Virus record (IMG/VR): IMGVR_UViG_3300046656_000441
Location: 1 to 56,754 of that record
Source of the DNA: a virus
Taxonomy: Duplodnaviria; Caudoviricetes
DNA: 56,754 nt
Direction: 5' to 3' (one strand)
The notes beneath the pieces are model-generated. The model saw nothing but the letters and a program-made list of their open reading frames with translations. It had not been told where the DNA came from and ran no database searches. A program made the position numbers and the translations under genes. Each line of letters opens with the position of its first letter. Positions within the stretch are counted from its first letter, which is position 1. Of the stretch, positions 26,212 to 36,270 are shown piece after piece.

Positions 26212-26876
26212 TGGACCAATACTACGCGCGCAAGCGACAGCTGGGTGGCGGCTTCAACGTCACCATCCCGGTGGCCGTGGGCGACTCCGCACTCACGCTC
26301 AAGGCGGTCAAGAATCCGGTCACCTACGCGCAGCTGGACGACGTGGCGCGCTACACCATCCATGTGCAGCGGATTCAAATCACGGTGGTGACGGGCTCGG
26401 GCGGCAAGACCTGGAGCGTCGGCGCCTACACCGGCACCGAGCCCCGCGACCTGACGGGGGCGAAGTCGGTGGCGACCTCGAACACGGTTTACACCTACGA
26501 CTTCGGGCCGAGCGGCATGGACCTCGGGGAAGACCAGGACCTGGAGCTGCTGGCGAGCGCCGCGGGCGCGGTTGGCTTCATCACGGTCGAGGGCTACCAG
26601 AGCCGGCTCGAAATCGCGGCGAACATCTTCCAGGTAGACCTGGATACCGGGACGACTGCCGGCGGCGTCGACACCATCGTCAACGTCACGCCGACCGAGA
26701 CCGGTTGCCGGGTGTTCTTCGGGGATGACGAGGCGACCATCGTGTCGGTGGACGAGGCGACCGAGACCATCCATGTGCTGACCCCGGCGCACGCCGCGGG
26801 AGTCGTGGACGTCACCGTGCTGAACCCGTCGCGGCTCATTCCCATCGTGCTCGTAGACGGCTACACATACTCGTAG
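26211..26876 (+). CDS. Decoration-like domain plus one IPT/TIG domain
   Basis: VQRI...YDFGP.G..L.E.QDL...SAAGA.G...VEGY; TPAHAAG.VDV. Confidence 0.65.
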   Translation: MDQYYARKRQLGGGFNVTIPVAVGDSALTLKAVKNPVTYAQLDDVARYTIHVQRIQITVVTGSGGKTWSVGAYTGTEPRDLTGAKSVATSNTVYTYDFGPSGMDLGEDQDLELLASAAGAVGFITVEGYQSRLEIAANIFQVDLDTGTTAGGVDTIVNVTPTETGCRVFFGDDEATIVSVDEATETIHVLTPAHAAGVVDVTVLNPSRLIPIVLVDGYTYS

Positions 26877-26885
26877 AGGATTCCA

Positions 26886-27815
26886 ATGTTTGACCGCTAC
26901 ATGCAACCGAAGCGCGCGTTCAGCGGGGGCTTCTCGTCCACGTTCGAACTGAGCACCGCGGCCGTCACCCAGACCCTGGTGGAAGTGAAGCGCACGACGC
27001 CGCTCTACGAGCCGAAGGAGCACATCATCCGCGTGCAGCGCGTGACCGTCATCGTGACGACCGGCGCCGCGCAGACGTGGCAGCTGCGGAGCGCCACGAC
27101 CCACACCATCATCACCCCGAGCATGTCGATGCTGACGGCCGGCACCAAGTTCGAGTATGACTTCGGCCCCCAGGGTATCGAAGTCGACCAGAACGAGGAC
27201 CTTCAGGTGCTCATCAGCGCCGCTGGCGCCGCGGGTATCGTCCTGGTCGAGGGCTTCTGGCAAATCACCGTGGACGACCTGGACCTCGGGTTCACGCTCA
27301 GCCCGACGAGCGGCGACGTGCACTTCGACAAGGACGTCACGCTCACGGCTGCGGAAGGCACGACCTTCTTCGAGGGCGACGTCAGCGTCACGGTCGACGG
27401 TATCGATGCGACGGACGCTCTCTGGGTATCCGAGACGTCCATCACGTGCACGTTCCCCCTGGTGGGCACGGGCAACACCGGAGCGGTCGACGTGGTCGTC
27501 ACCCTGGCAGACGGCACGATTCTCACCCAGGCGGCTTCGTTCACCTGGACCGAGAGCGCCTACGCCATCACCGTGGTGGCACCGAACAGCGGCACGACCG
27601 CGGGCGGCGACGCCGTCACGCTCACCGGCTACTTCTTCGGCGCCTCTGTGGCTATCACGTTCGACGGCATCCCGGCTACCGCGATTGTGCCGAACGCCAA
27701 CGGGCTGACGTGCACGTGCGTGACGCCGGCTCATGCGGCGGGCGCCGTCGACGTTGTGCTCCTGAATACCGACACCACCACCGCAACGGCGGCGGGCGGC
27801 TTCACCTACGCTTAA
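26886..27815 (+). CDS. Paralog: decoration-like domain plus two IPT/TIG domains
   Basis: Same N-terminal motifs as 26211; two Ig-like repeats. Confidence 0.65.
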   Translation: MFDRYMQPKRAFSGGFSSTFELSTAAVTQTLVEVKRTTPLYEPKEHIIRVQRVTVIVTTGAAQTWQLRSATTHTIITPSMSMLTAGTKFEYDFGPQGIEVDQNEDLQVLISAAGAAGIVLVEGFWQITVDDLDLGFTLSPTSGDVHFDKDVTLTAAEGTTFFEGDVSVTVDGIDATDALWVSETSITCTFPLVGTGNTGAVDVVVTLADGTILTQAASFTWTESAYAITVVAPNSGTTAGGDAVTLTGYFFGASVAITFDGIPATAIVPNANGLTCTCVTPAHAAGAVDVVLLNTDTTTATAAGGFTYA

Positions 27816-27825
27816 CGAGGGCTCA

Positions 27826-29097
27826 ATGGTTCCTCCGATTCCGCAAGTCGCACCCGGCACCGCGCCCCTGGACGAACTCGGCCAGTGGCGTGCGTGGCGC
27901 GCCGCGGTTGACGCCAGCGAGGGCGGCGCCGCGCAGCAGATGACGCCGGAGCAAGCGAAATACTACAACGGCCCGTCGCCGCGTCCGAACGACCCGCGCT
28001 TCGACAACCCCCAGTTCTCGAAGGAAGCCACCCAGACCTATGTCAACAAGGACACCCACTTCGACATCCCGACTGGAAAGGTCGTCAAGAACCAGTCTGG
28101 CTGGGACCTCCCCGAGACAAAGCTCATCGTCGCCCTCGCAGCCGGTGCTGCAGCAGGTTTCGCAGCTCCCGCAATCGCGGGCTCTCTCGGAGGCAGCTCA
28201 GCTGCAGGCGGCGCAGGCGCAGCAACGATTCCGACGACGGCAGGCATTGAGAGCGCAACGGCTCTCGGGCTCCCGGTCACCGCAGGACTAGGCAGCGCAG
28301 GGACCGCAGCAGCGGCCGGCGCGGCGGCTATCCCGACGACGGCGGGTTTGACCGGAGCGGAGTTCGGCGGAGAAGCCGCGACGCAGGCATTGCCAGCACT
28401 GGCGGACACCAGCGGACTGGTAGCCGGCGGCTCAGGAGCCTTTGATGCGGCCGGAAGCTGGGTTCCCAGCGGCACCTCGGCGCCTGTGTCTGCGGGCTCG
28501 AAGTTCGCGCAAATCACCGATGCCATCAAGCAGGGCAAGGACCTGGCGGGCTCGTTTTCGAATGCCGGCGTCGGCCCGGATGGCAACGCGGCGCACGCGC
28601 CCCAGTCGTCAGCGGACGCCGCACGCGCCCAGGCGCTCACGAACAACCGGTTCCTCCAGACCTCGAAGGACCAGGCCGGTGTCGCGACCGACACCAATGT
28701 GATGCGCAACCAGATGCGTGCCGCGCTCATCGCGCGCATGACGCCTGGTGGGTTCACGACGCCGGGGTATCGACTGAACAGCGGCGGCACCATCGCGCAG
28801 CCCGACCTCAGCGCGACTCAGAGTGCTATCGACTTCAACAAGACCTACGCGGACAAGCTCCGGGAGCGTCAGCTCGCCGGACAGCCGATGACGCTGAGCG
28901 GAGTTCCCGAAGCCTCGCAAGAAGAGAAGGACGCCACCGCACGTGCGCTGAATAACAGCGGCACCGGCACGGGCCTCAACTCCGACATAACGCGTGTCGG
29001 AAACGCTATCGACACCGGGACGCGCTACGCGGACCTGGGCCAGAACGCCTACACCAAGGGCAAGAGCATCTGGAACGTAGTCAAGGGGTTCTTCTAA
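27826..29097 (+). CDS. Putative DNA pilot/ejection protein
   Basis: Long hydrophobic Ala/Gly tract. Confidence 0.55.
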   Translation: MVPPIPQVAPGTAPLDELGQWRAWRAAVDASEGGAAQQMTPEQAKYYNGPSPRPNDPRFDNPQFSKEATQTYVNKDTHFDIPTGKVVKNQSGWDLPETKLIVALAAGAAAGFAAPAIAGSLGGSSAAGGAGAATIPTTAGIESATALGLPVTAGLGSAGTAAAAGAAAIPTTAGLTGAEFGGEAATQALPALADTSGLVAGGSGAFDAAGSWVPSGTSAPVSAGSKFAQITDAIKQGKDLAGSFSNAGVGPDGNAAHAPQSSADAARAQALTNNRFLQTSKDQAGVATDTNVMRNQMRAALIARMTPGGFTTPGYRLNSGGTIAQPDLSATQSAIDFNKTYADKLRERQLAGQPMTLSGVPEASQEEKDATARALNNSGTGTGLNSDITRVGNAIDTGTRYADLGQNAYTKGKSIWNVVKGFF

Positions 29098-29098
29098 A

Positions 29099-30526
29099 AT
29101 GGCCGACCAATACGACGTGCCAGAGCTTCAGGGTGGCTCGGGAGCCGTCAACCCGGGCGCCGCAGCCTACTACGGGTTCCAGCGTGAGCTGATGCGCCGG
29201 CAGCAGGATGCCGCCGCGAAGGCGGAGGTGCAGCGCAAACTGGCGGCTGACGCCGTGGCTGCGGACGTGGCGCGCGCACAGATTGCCAACAGCACCGAGG
29301 CCACCAAGGCGCTCAGCGAGCAGCGTCAGGCGGCGACGGCGAAGACGGCGCTCGACAACATCACCTCGCAGATGCAGCCGGGCGCACAGCTCGCTCCCGA
29401 GCAATCCGCGGTGCTGCGCAAGAACGGCGGCGCGGCCATGATTCTTGGCAAACCCGCCACACCAGAGATGACCGCCGGGGTTCCGTCCCAGTTTGCAGCG
29501 GCGCCCGATGCGGCAGCTGCGTCCGAGGTTCCCATCACCCCGGCGGCTCCGGCTACCGAAGTCTACAAGGGTGACGCGAAGCAGCAGGAAGACGAGCAAC
29601 AGAAGGCGTTCGCCCAGGATGTGCTCGATGGCAAGCATGCCACGGGCAACGACCGGGTAGACCAGTTCCTCAAGGCCCAGGCCACGCAGATTCTCGGTGG
29701 CGGCAAGTTCGGCACGATTCCAGCGGCCATCATCAACGAGCCCAAGGCGGGCACCGAGGAGAACACCCCGGAGAAGCGTTACCTGGGGCTCATCTCCAAG
29801 CAGGACAGCGGCACCGCGCTCACGGCGGACGAGGCGTCCTACGTGAAGCACTACAAGGAGCAGCACCCCGACGAGGCGACCAAGGTCAAGGCAGCGGCTG
29901 ACGCAGCCGAGGCCGCGGGTGTTCGCGCCACCGACCGTCAGAACGCTGGCTACGCGGAGGCGGCGCGCACCAAGTTCCGCACGCTGCTCAACACCGAGGA
30001 TGCCAAGTCCGCAGACGGACTCGAACGCGTCGCCCGCGCCAAGGCCGTGCTCAACAGCCCCAGCTTCCTGGCGGACGCGCTCGCGGCTCCCGAAGTCCTC
30101 CAGATTGTGGCCGGCGGCATGGGCTCCGGTCTGCGTATGACGGACGCCGAGCTGAACCGCGTGAACAGCGCGCAGAGCTACATCGACCAGCTCAAGGGCA
30201 AGCTCGCGAAAGCCGGCATCGGTGAACGCGTCACCATCCAGGAAGAGCTGCGCAAGTCGATGAAGACCATCATCGACGTGGTCGAGAAGGCGAAGACCCG
30301 GTTGGAGACAGTGCGCGGCGACTTCCGCAAGCAGATTGCCGGCGCCAAGACACCCGAGCAAGTGGATGCGCTTCAGGCCGAATACGGCGCGGCGCGCATG
30401 GAAGCACTGAGCGGCGAGGACAAGCCGAAGGGCAACGCGCCCGCCGAGGGAACCCAGGGCACCGTGAACGGTCGGCCCGCTGTGTGGAAGAACGGCTCGA
30501 AGGGACCAGGTTGGTATGCCCGATGA
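29099..30526 (+). CDS. Putative ejection protein
   Basis: Ala/Gln-rich coiled coil. Confidence 0.55.
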   Translation: MADQYDVPELQGGSGAVNPGAAAYYGFQRELMRRQQDAAAKAEVQRKLAADAVAADVARAQIANSTEATKALSEQRQAATAKTALDNITSQMQPGAQLAPEQSAVLRKNGGAAMILGKPATPEMTAGVPSQFAAAPDAAAASEVPITPAAPATEVYKGDAKQQEDEQQKAFAQDVLDGKHATGNDRVDQFLKAQATQILGGGKFGTIPAAIINEPKAGTEENTPEKRYLGLISKQDSGTALTADEASYVKHYKEQHPDEATKVKAAADAAEAAGVRATDRQNAGYAEAARTKFRTLLNTEDAKSADGLERVARAKAVLNSPSFLADALAAPEVLQIVAGGMGSGLRMTDAELNRVNSAQSYIDQLKGKLAKAGIGERVTIQEELRKSMKTIIDVVEKAKTRLETVRGDFRKQIAGAKTPEQVDALQAEYGAARMEALSGEDKPKGNAPAEGTQGTVNGRPAVWKNGSKGPGWYAR

Positions 30527-32900
30527 ACTGTTGAGCGCGGACCCTCACGCTGACGAGCTGCTGTCCGCTGACGCGGGCGCCGGCACGCGTGAGCCGTTCG
30601 ACGTCAAGAAGCAGAACGAGCAGATGCGCGCCAACATGGCGAAGCAGGCGGGCGCCGGCAAGCAGGACCTCCTGGCCGACTTCGCCACGTCTGGGCCGAT
30701 GGGCGTGAACCTGGAGGGGCTGAACGCCGCCCACGAGGGGAACAACGCCAAGGCCGCGCACAAAATCATCATGGGCTCCGGCATGGTTGCGGCTCCCGCG
30801 ATGCTGCCGGCGCTCGGGTCAGTGGCCGGCGTTGCCGGCCTCGCGGCTGGGTTGGCGGGCGGCACCGCAGGCACGGGCCTGGCGCGCGGCGCGGCTGGCC
30901 TGGTGACCGACAACCCCGACTACATCGACCTGGCGGGGGATGTCGGCGGGCTCGCGGGCGGCATTGGCGCGGCCAAGGCTGGCGCGGCCGCTCCCGGGCT
31001 CGTGGGGCGCGGTATGACCGCTGCCGGCGACATCCTGGAGTCTACCCCGACTGTCAAACAGACCATCGGGACCTTGCTCAAGAAGGGCGGCGCCAAGCTC
31101 GCCACCGGCACCAAGACCGCTCCGGTTCCCGGGCTCGAACGCAACATGCCGAACGTCTCGCCACAGCGCCCGGCGGTGACCCTCTACGGCCCGAGCGCCG
31201 AGGGTATCGGCGTCGCGCCGGAGGCCGCTCCGGTAGCCGTCGAGCCCCACATGCCCAACGTCAGCGCGGGCAGCACGGGTGAGTATGCCCCGAGCGCCGA
31301 GGGCATCCAGGGCTCCGTCGAGCCCCACATGCCGAACACGAGCGCCGGCCCCGAGGGCTCGCGCCTGTTCGCGCCGAGCGCGGCGAACGTTCCGAGCGCC
31401 CCCGTAGTCGAGGGCAACGTCGTGCCCCCATCGAAGACCAACGAGATGCCCGACGCCTACCGCGCCGAGCTGCTCAAGGCGCTCGAAGCGCGACGTGCGT
31501 CGAATAACGCCGCATTCGACGCAAAGGTTGCGGAGCACGGCGCCGCGCCGCTCTCCCCGGGCGCCTCGCCCCAGGACGTCGCCAACAGCTACGCCAAGTC
31601 CAAGACACTTGAGGCGCCGGTTCCGCACGAACCCGTCAAGGTGGATGCTGAGCGCGGCAAGCTCATCGCGGACGCCTACGAGGCGATGAAGCACGACCCG
31701 ACGAACCCCCGCGTGAAGCAGGCGTATGACGCGCTCGCACGCGAGACCGCGGACCAGTTCTACTACATCAAGGCGCACACGGGGCTCCAGACCGAGGCGT
31801 ATACCGGCGAGGGCAACCCCTACAAGAGCTCCGCCGCGATGATGAAGGACGTCAAGGAGAACAATCACCTGTTCTACGAGCCGACCTCGAAGACGGGCGC
31901 GCTCCCTGAGGACCACCCGATGGCGGGCACGGTTCCCACGTCGCCCACTGGCGGCGAAGGCGAGATGCCCATCAATGACATGTTCCGCATCGTGCACGAC
32001 TACTTCGGGCACGCCAAGGAAGGGCACCAGTTCGGGGTGCACGGCGGGGAGAACGCAACCCTCGCACACTCGAAAATGTTCTCGCCTGATGCGCGCGCCG
32101 CGCTGATGACCGAGACGCGTGGGCAGAACAGCTTCGTGAACTTCGGACCCGGCTCGAAGGCTCCCCAGGGGCAGCGCCCATTCGCCCCTCAGAAGGCCGG
32201 GCTGCTTCCGCCGGAGCTGCGCGGGCTCAAGCCGGAGAACGTGAACCCGGGCATCGAGCAGAACAACGCCGCTGAGCTGCGCACCCCGGAAGGCAAGGCC
32301 CAGGTCGCAGAGGCCGGCGCGACTCCGACGACACCGGCCACGGGAGCTAGCCGCGAGAACGTCCCCACCTCGGAGACGGTCAAGAAGGCTATCAACCACG
32401 CGGTCAATTTCGAGACCGCGAATACGCCCACGATGGAAGTCGTGGACAACGGCGGCAACCGCATCGACATCAATGGGAGCGGCGAGGGCAATGGCATCTC
32501 GAAGGAAGCCATCGGACGGGCCAACGCCAATGCCGCAAAAGGCGAGCGCATCGCCTACATGGACCGAGCTGGCAAGATTCAGGAAATCGCAGACCAGGTC
32601 AACGCCGAGGACCTGAACCCGAGCAAGGGCCAGAACCTGGTGAGGGTGGACAAGGCCGGCAACGCCGTTGTGCTCAAGGAAAACGGTGGACGTTCACCAG
32701 TGGGCGCTGGCAACAAGGCGACGTCGTTCGACGCGATTGCCAAAACCGCGGCCGAGCACCTTCGGTCGGGCAAGAGCGACGCCGAAACCACCGACATTAT
32801 TCGTGCTGCCCTGGAATCTGAGCGCGCGAAACGCCTCCAGAAGGCCGACAAGGCAACCCTCACGCGCCAAATTCTGCGCGATGCGAAGGACATGTTGTGA
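30516..32900 (+). CDS. Large ejection/polyvalent-type protein with HDYFGH domain
   Basis: Gly/Ala membrane-like tract, MPN.S...PSA repeats, NDMFRIVHDYFGH...TETRGQNS.VNFGP. Confidence 0.6.
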   Translation: MPDELLSADPHADELLSADAGAGTREPFDVKKQNEQMRANMAKQAGAGKQDLLADFATSGPMGVNLEGLNAAHEGNNAKAAHKIIMGSGMVAAPAMLPALGSVAGVAGLAAGLAGGTAGTGLARGAAGLVTDNPDYIDLAGDVGGLAGGIGAAKAGAAAPGLVGRGMTAAGDILESTPTVKQTIGTLLKKGGAKLATGTKTAPVPGLERNMPNVSPQRPAVTLYGPSAEGIGVAPEAAPVAVEPHMPNVSAGSTGEYAPSAEGIQGSVEPHMPNTSAGPEGSRLFAPSAANVPSAPVVEGNVVPPSKTNEMPDAYRAELLKALEARRASNNAAFDAKVAEHGAAPLSPGASPQDVANSYAKSKTLEAPVPHEPVKVDAERGKLIADAYEAMKHDPTNPRVKQAYDALARETADQFYYIKAHTGLQTEAYTGEGNPYKSSAAMMKDVKENNHLFYEPTSKTGALPEDHPMAGTVPTSPTGGEGEMPINDMFRIVHDYFGHAKEGHQFGVHGGENATLAHSKMFSPDARAALMTETRGQNSFVNFGPGSKAPQGQRPFAPQKAGLLPPELRGLKPENVNPGIEQNNAAELRTPEGKAQVAEAGATPTTPATGASRENVPTSETVKKAINHAVNFETANTPTMEVVDNGGNRIDINGSGEGNGISKEAIGRANANAAKGERIAYMDRAGKIQEIADQVNAEDLNPSKGQNLVRVDKAGNAVVLKENGGRSPVGAGNKATSFDAIAKTAAEHLRSGKSDAETTDIIRAALESERAKRLQKADKATLTRQILRDAKDML

Positions 32901-33175
32901 AGACCGAGACTCTACTCCTGGAGATGCGCAAGGAGCAACGCGAAGACCTGCAGCGGCTCATGGAGCGCATGGACGCCGGGTTCACCCAGTCCCACACCGC
33001 GTTCGCCGCGCACACCATCGATGACGTCAAGGCATTCGCAGAACTCAACCGCCGGCTCGAACCCGTCGAAGAAGCTCGGAAGCTCTACAAGCGCGCCGCG
33101 TTCGCCATCTTCGTTGCACTCATCCCGGTGCTGATGGACGCCTGTGCCCACGCCACCAAGTATCTCAAACCCTAG
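32897..33175 (+). CDS. Coiled-coil protein with C-terminal TM helix (lysis-related candidate)
   Basis: AAFAIFVALIPVLM segment. Confidence 0.5.
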   Translation: MKTETLLLEMRKEQREDLQRLMERMDAGFTQSHTAFAAHTIDDVKAFAELNRRLEPVEEARKLYKRAAFAIFVALIPVLMDACAHATKYLKP

Positions 33176-33201
33176 GAACCGAACCCCCGGAGGCCGTCGT
33201 C

Positions 33202-33801
33202 ATGCGTAACCTAGTCACCCTTCTACTCCTCAGCATGATGGCCCTCTTCATCGGGAAGCCGCATGTCACCGAGTATCTCGCGGAGCGCGCCGCGAACTCT
33301 GTTGTGTTTGTGAGCATTGACGGGCCAAGCCAGCGGGGCTCGTGCTCGGGTGAAGTCGTCGCGCACAATCGCGTGCTGACGGCGCATCACTGCATCGGGG
33401 AGAAAATGTGGGCGGACGGGAAGCCGGCCAAGGTGCTATCGAGCGACGAATACTTCGACCTGGCGCTGCTCAGCGTGGACACGGGCGACCGGCCGTTCAT
33501 CTCTCTCAGCGACCACGGCATCGAACGCGGCGACAATCTCATTGGTATCGGCTACGCGTTCGGCTGGGACCAGCTGAGCTTCATTCATCTTCGCGTGACG
33601 CTCGCCAACATCATCCCGGACCCGCAAATTTCGCCGCGCATCGCCACCGAGGGCGAGGTCATCATGGGGATGTCGGGTGGACCCGTGGTCGACTCGATGG
33701 GCCGCATGGTCAGCATAGTCCAGCTCGGCGCCGAGAATCTCTCGATGGGCGTCTCGGTCCCCATCATCCGCGCATTCCTGCTCCAGACCGATGTGAGGTA
33801 A
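33202..33801 (+). CDS. Trypsin-like serine protease with N-terminal signal/TM
   Basis: LTAHHC, DLALL, GMSGGP catalytic triad motifs. Confidence 0.88.
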   Translation: MRNLVTLLLLSMMALFIGKPHVTEYLAERAANSVVFVSIDGPSQRGSCSGEVVAHNRVLTAHHCIGEKMWADGKPAKVLSSDEYFDLALLSVDTGDRPFISLSDHGIERGDNLIGIGYAFGWDQLSFIHLRVTLANIIPDPQISPRIATEGEVIMGMSGGPVVDSMGRMVSIVQLGAENLSMGVSVPIIRAFLLQTDVR

Positions 33802-33804
33802 GAC

Positions 33805-34023
33805 ATGGCTCAGCTAACAACGGCCACACGCAACGCGCTCCCGACTAAGGTGTTCGCACTCCCGGGGCGGCGCTATCCCATCCACGACGAGAACCACGCA
33901 CGCGTGGCTCTGTCGTTCGTGTCGCGCTACGGCTCCGCGGAAGAGAAGGCCAAGGTGCGGGCAGCGGTGCACAACCGCTACCCGGGGATGGGCGCAGACA
34001 AGCCTACAGCTGATACCCAGTAG
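33805..34023 (+). CDS. Small conserved phage protein (FALPG.RYPI.D..HAR.AL)
   Basis: DUF6582-like pattern; last + strand gene. Confidence 0.65.
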   Translation: MAQLTTATRNALPTKVFALPGRRYPIHDENHARVALSFVSRYGSAEEKAKVRAAVHNRYPGMGADKPTADTQ

Positions 34024-34348
34024 CCATTCGCTTCACCACGTCTTCGCGGGTGAACTCGATGCTCGCGAAGACCACACCGCTCTCGGCGCGTGTGGGCACG
34101 TGGTTGCTGAGCAGCTTTCCGAGCAGGGTCCCGTCCTCCGCGTGGACGAGCATTTCCTCGGCGTAACGTCCGCGAGCAAAGAACCCCACGTGGTTCGCTG
34201 CGGGGCGTTTGTCCTGCGCATCCTCACTCATGGGACCCACCTCTCTCCAGGGAGTGCCGACGTCGCTCGTCCAGCCGCACTTGTGACAGCGCTTGCCGTC
34301 GAACCACTCGGTCGGGCAACTACACGGATAGCTTGGCATGGCTCGCAC
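34004..34348 (-). CDS. Hypothetical protein
   Basis: Converges on the structural arm; start uncertain. Confidence 0.35.
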   Translation of the reverse strand: MRAMPSYPCSCPTEWFDGKRCHKCGWTSDVGTPWREVGPMSEDAQDKRPAANHVGFFARGRYAEEMLVHAEDGTLLGKLLSNHVPTRAESGVVFASIEFTREDVVKRMATGYQL

Positions 34349-34462
34349 ACACCGCGCAACTTTCGACGTATTCGATGACGTGGCCGCTCTCGGGGCATGA
34401 CGCGGGGCACCCCGAGACCAGGCGCTTGCACGTGAGGCACATGAAGAATCGGTGTGCGAGGC

Positions 34463-35056
34463 TCACAGGGTTGCCAGTGCCAGCATTGCATCGATGCGAG
34501 CCCACAGCTCCCCCATGTCCTCGTCCTTGACGTAGCGCATCACAGTCTTGGCGTTGAGGCCGGCACCAACCGGGAGCAACACGTTGTAGTCGACGGGCGC
34601 ATCGGGCCACAGCTTCAGATAGGTGATGGTCGGCACGCTGCAGCGCGTGAAGTGGTAGTCCCCCAGGCCCATCTCATATACGTCCCCGGCGCGCATCGTC
34701 TCCACGGCATCCTCGTAGGCGTGCATGCGCTGCTCGGTCGACTTGAACACCACATCGCGCGCTCCGTCTGCCTCGTGGACCGTGTGGAGCATGAAGGCGC
34801 CCTCGGGGTGCGGTTCCGCACTCAGCCGCACGTTGGTAATCTCGCCCAGCAGAATCCGGCTCGTGAACCCCAGGTCGTGCGTGTGGGGGTTGGTGCGGAT
34901 ACTCGGCATCTCCAGCGTCGGATGACCCCAGAAATTGAGGTGATACCCCTCCATCACCAGCTGTGTGAACCACTGGCCGTGCTGCCGAATGTTGCCCAGC
35001 TTCCCACGGCACGCCGCAATCTGCTCCGCCAGTAACGAGGTATCGAGATGTGGCAT
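34463..35056 (-). CDS. Cupin-fold protein (putative metal-binding)
   Basis: PHTH...FTS.IL.G and AG..Y.M..G.YH; AGGAGG RBS. Confidence 0.6.
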   Translation of the reverse strand: MPHLDTSLLAEQIAACRGKLGNIRQHGQWFTQLVMEGYHLNFWGHPTLEMPSIRTNPHTHDLGFTSRILLGEITNVRLSAEPHPEGAFMLHTVHEADGARDVVFKSTEQRMHAYEDAVETMRAGDVYEMGLGDYHFTRCSVPTITYLKLWPDAPVDYNVLLPVGAGLNAKTVMRYVKDEDMGELWARIDAMLALATL

Positions 35057-35301
35057 AATGACCTCCTAGCGTGTGCTTTGAACGAATAGTCCGAGCTGAT
35101 ACAGGAACCAGAGAGTCGCCGCGGTCGCTATCCATCCGAGTAACGAGGGGACCGGCCAGCCGTAGAATTGCTTCTGTGACATGACCGGTCCCAGCGTCAG
35201 GCTAGACGCCCCAAATGACGACGAAGTCAACGACTTCGCCCTCGGTCGACGGAACGATGGGTGTTCTGTTCATTCTGTCCTCCTCTCGGGATAGTGTAGC
35301 A

Positions 35302-36270
35302 CTACCGAGTCAGTTCCCGAATGACTTCCTCGATGCTCCCGAACTGCTCGACTTGCGGGAGGTCGTAGAACACGTTTGTGTCGCGCGGTCCCACCAGCAT
35401 CACGCGATGCCCGAGCGCGAGCGCCATGCCCATCTCGCACGCCTTGCCTTCCGACTTCATCAGGTTGACGATGACCAGGGTGTTCGCTTTCTGCACCTCG
35501 GCGTAGTCGAGCGTCGCGGCCTCTTGCCGGCGAATCAGCTGGGAGTCCTCGTCCGCCTCGCGCTCGGTCCAGCCGCTGACCACTTCGATGCCGGCGTCGA
35601 GCAGCTGGCGCTTGTAGAATCCCATGACGTCGATGAGCTTCCACGAGCCCGCCAGGTAGACGCGCGGCTTCTCGGTTACGCCGATGGAGATAACCTCGGT
35701 GCGGTTGTTGAAGTCGTAGTAAGCGTTCATCACCGCTTCGTAAAGCTCGGGGAGGCTCGTCGCTGTGATGTCCAGGTCGACCCGCAGGCTGGCGATTTGC
35801 GCCTCGCTCGGGTGCGGGTCGTTCCCGCCGTAGCCGGGCCGGCTGATGCGAATGACGTAGCCACCGGCTTTCTTGATAGCCTCCGCCTCGTTGGGGAATC
35901 GAACGTCGCTGATGACCACGTTTGGGAACTCGCTAGCGATGCGCATCGCGCGCTCGACCCACACCTGGTGCCCGAACACGTCGCGCCCGCCTTCGGTGCC
36001 GCAGCGCTGCAGCAGCCGACGCACGTCCGGCATCGCCTTCGCTTCCTCGTAGCCGGCCGATTCGAGCACCTCGGAGTAGCGCATGAAGTGTGGGCGCCCG
36101 TTCAGCCCGTAGCCGTCGCTGTCGACCGTGTGCACATACGGGTCGATGCCCTTCGCCATTTCACGCACGCCGTCCGCGAACGCCACCTTGGCGAACCCGT
36201 AGTTGTTCACCAGGTAGTTCGCCGCCGAGTCCTTGCCGCTGCGCGCGTAGCCACAAAAGCCAATCAGCAT
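35302..36270 (-). CDS. dNMP kinase fused to a nucleoside 2-deoxyribosyltransferase-like domain
   Basis: GYARSGKD, R.LLQ..GTE.GR, SDVRFPNE, HPSE; C-terminal VYLAGS, D...V, G...EMG.A.ALG. Confidence 0.85.
   Translation of the reverse strand: MLIGFCGYARSGKDSAANYLVNNYGFAKVAFADGVREMAKGIDPYVHTVDSDGYGLNGRPHFMRYSEVLESAGYEEAKAMPDVRRLLQRCGTEGGRDVFGHQVWVERAMRIASEFPNVVISDVRFPNEAEAIKKAGGYVIRISRPGYGGNDPHPSEAQIASLRVDLDITATSLPELYEAVMNAYYDFNNRTEVISIGVTEKPRVYLAGSWKLIDVMGFYKRQLLDAGIEVVSGWTEREADEDSQLIRRQEAATLDYAEVQKANTLVIVNLMKSEGKACEMGMALALGHRVMLVGPRDTNVFYDLPQVEQFGSIEEVIRELTR

Noticed and set aside
19288-27815. Diversity-generating retroelement acting on fibres
   Set aside because: No reverse transcriptase motif and no TR/VR pair differing at adenines; the similar segments are ordinary Ig-domain paralogy.
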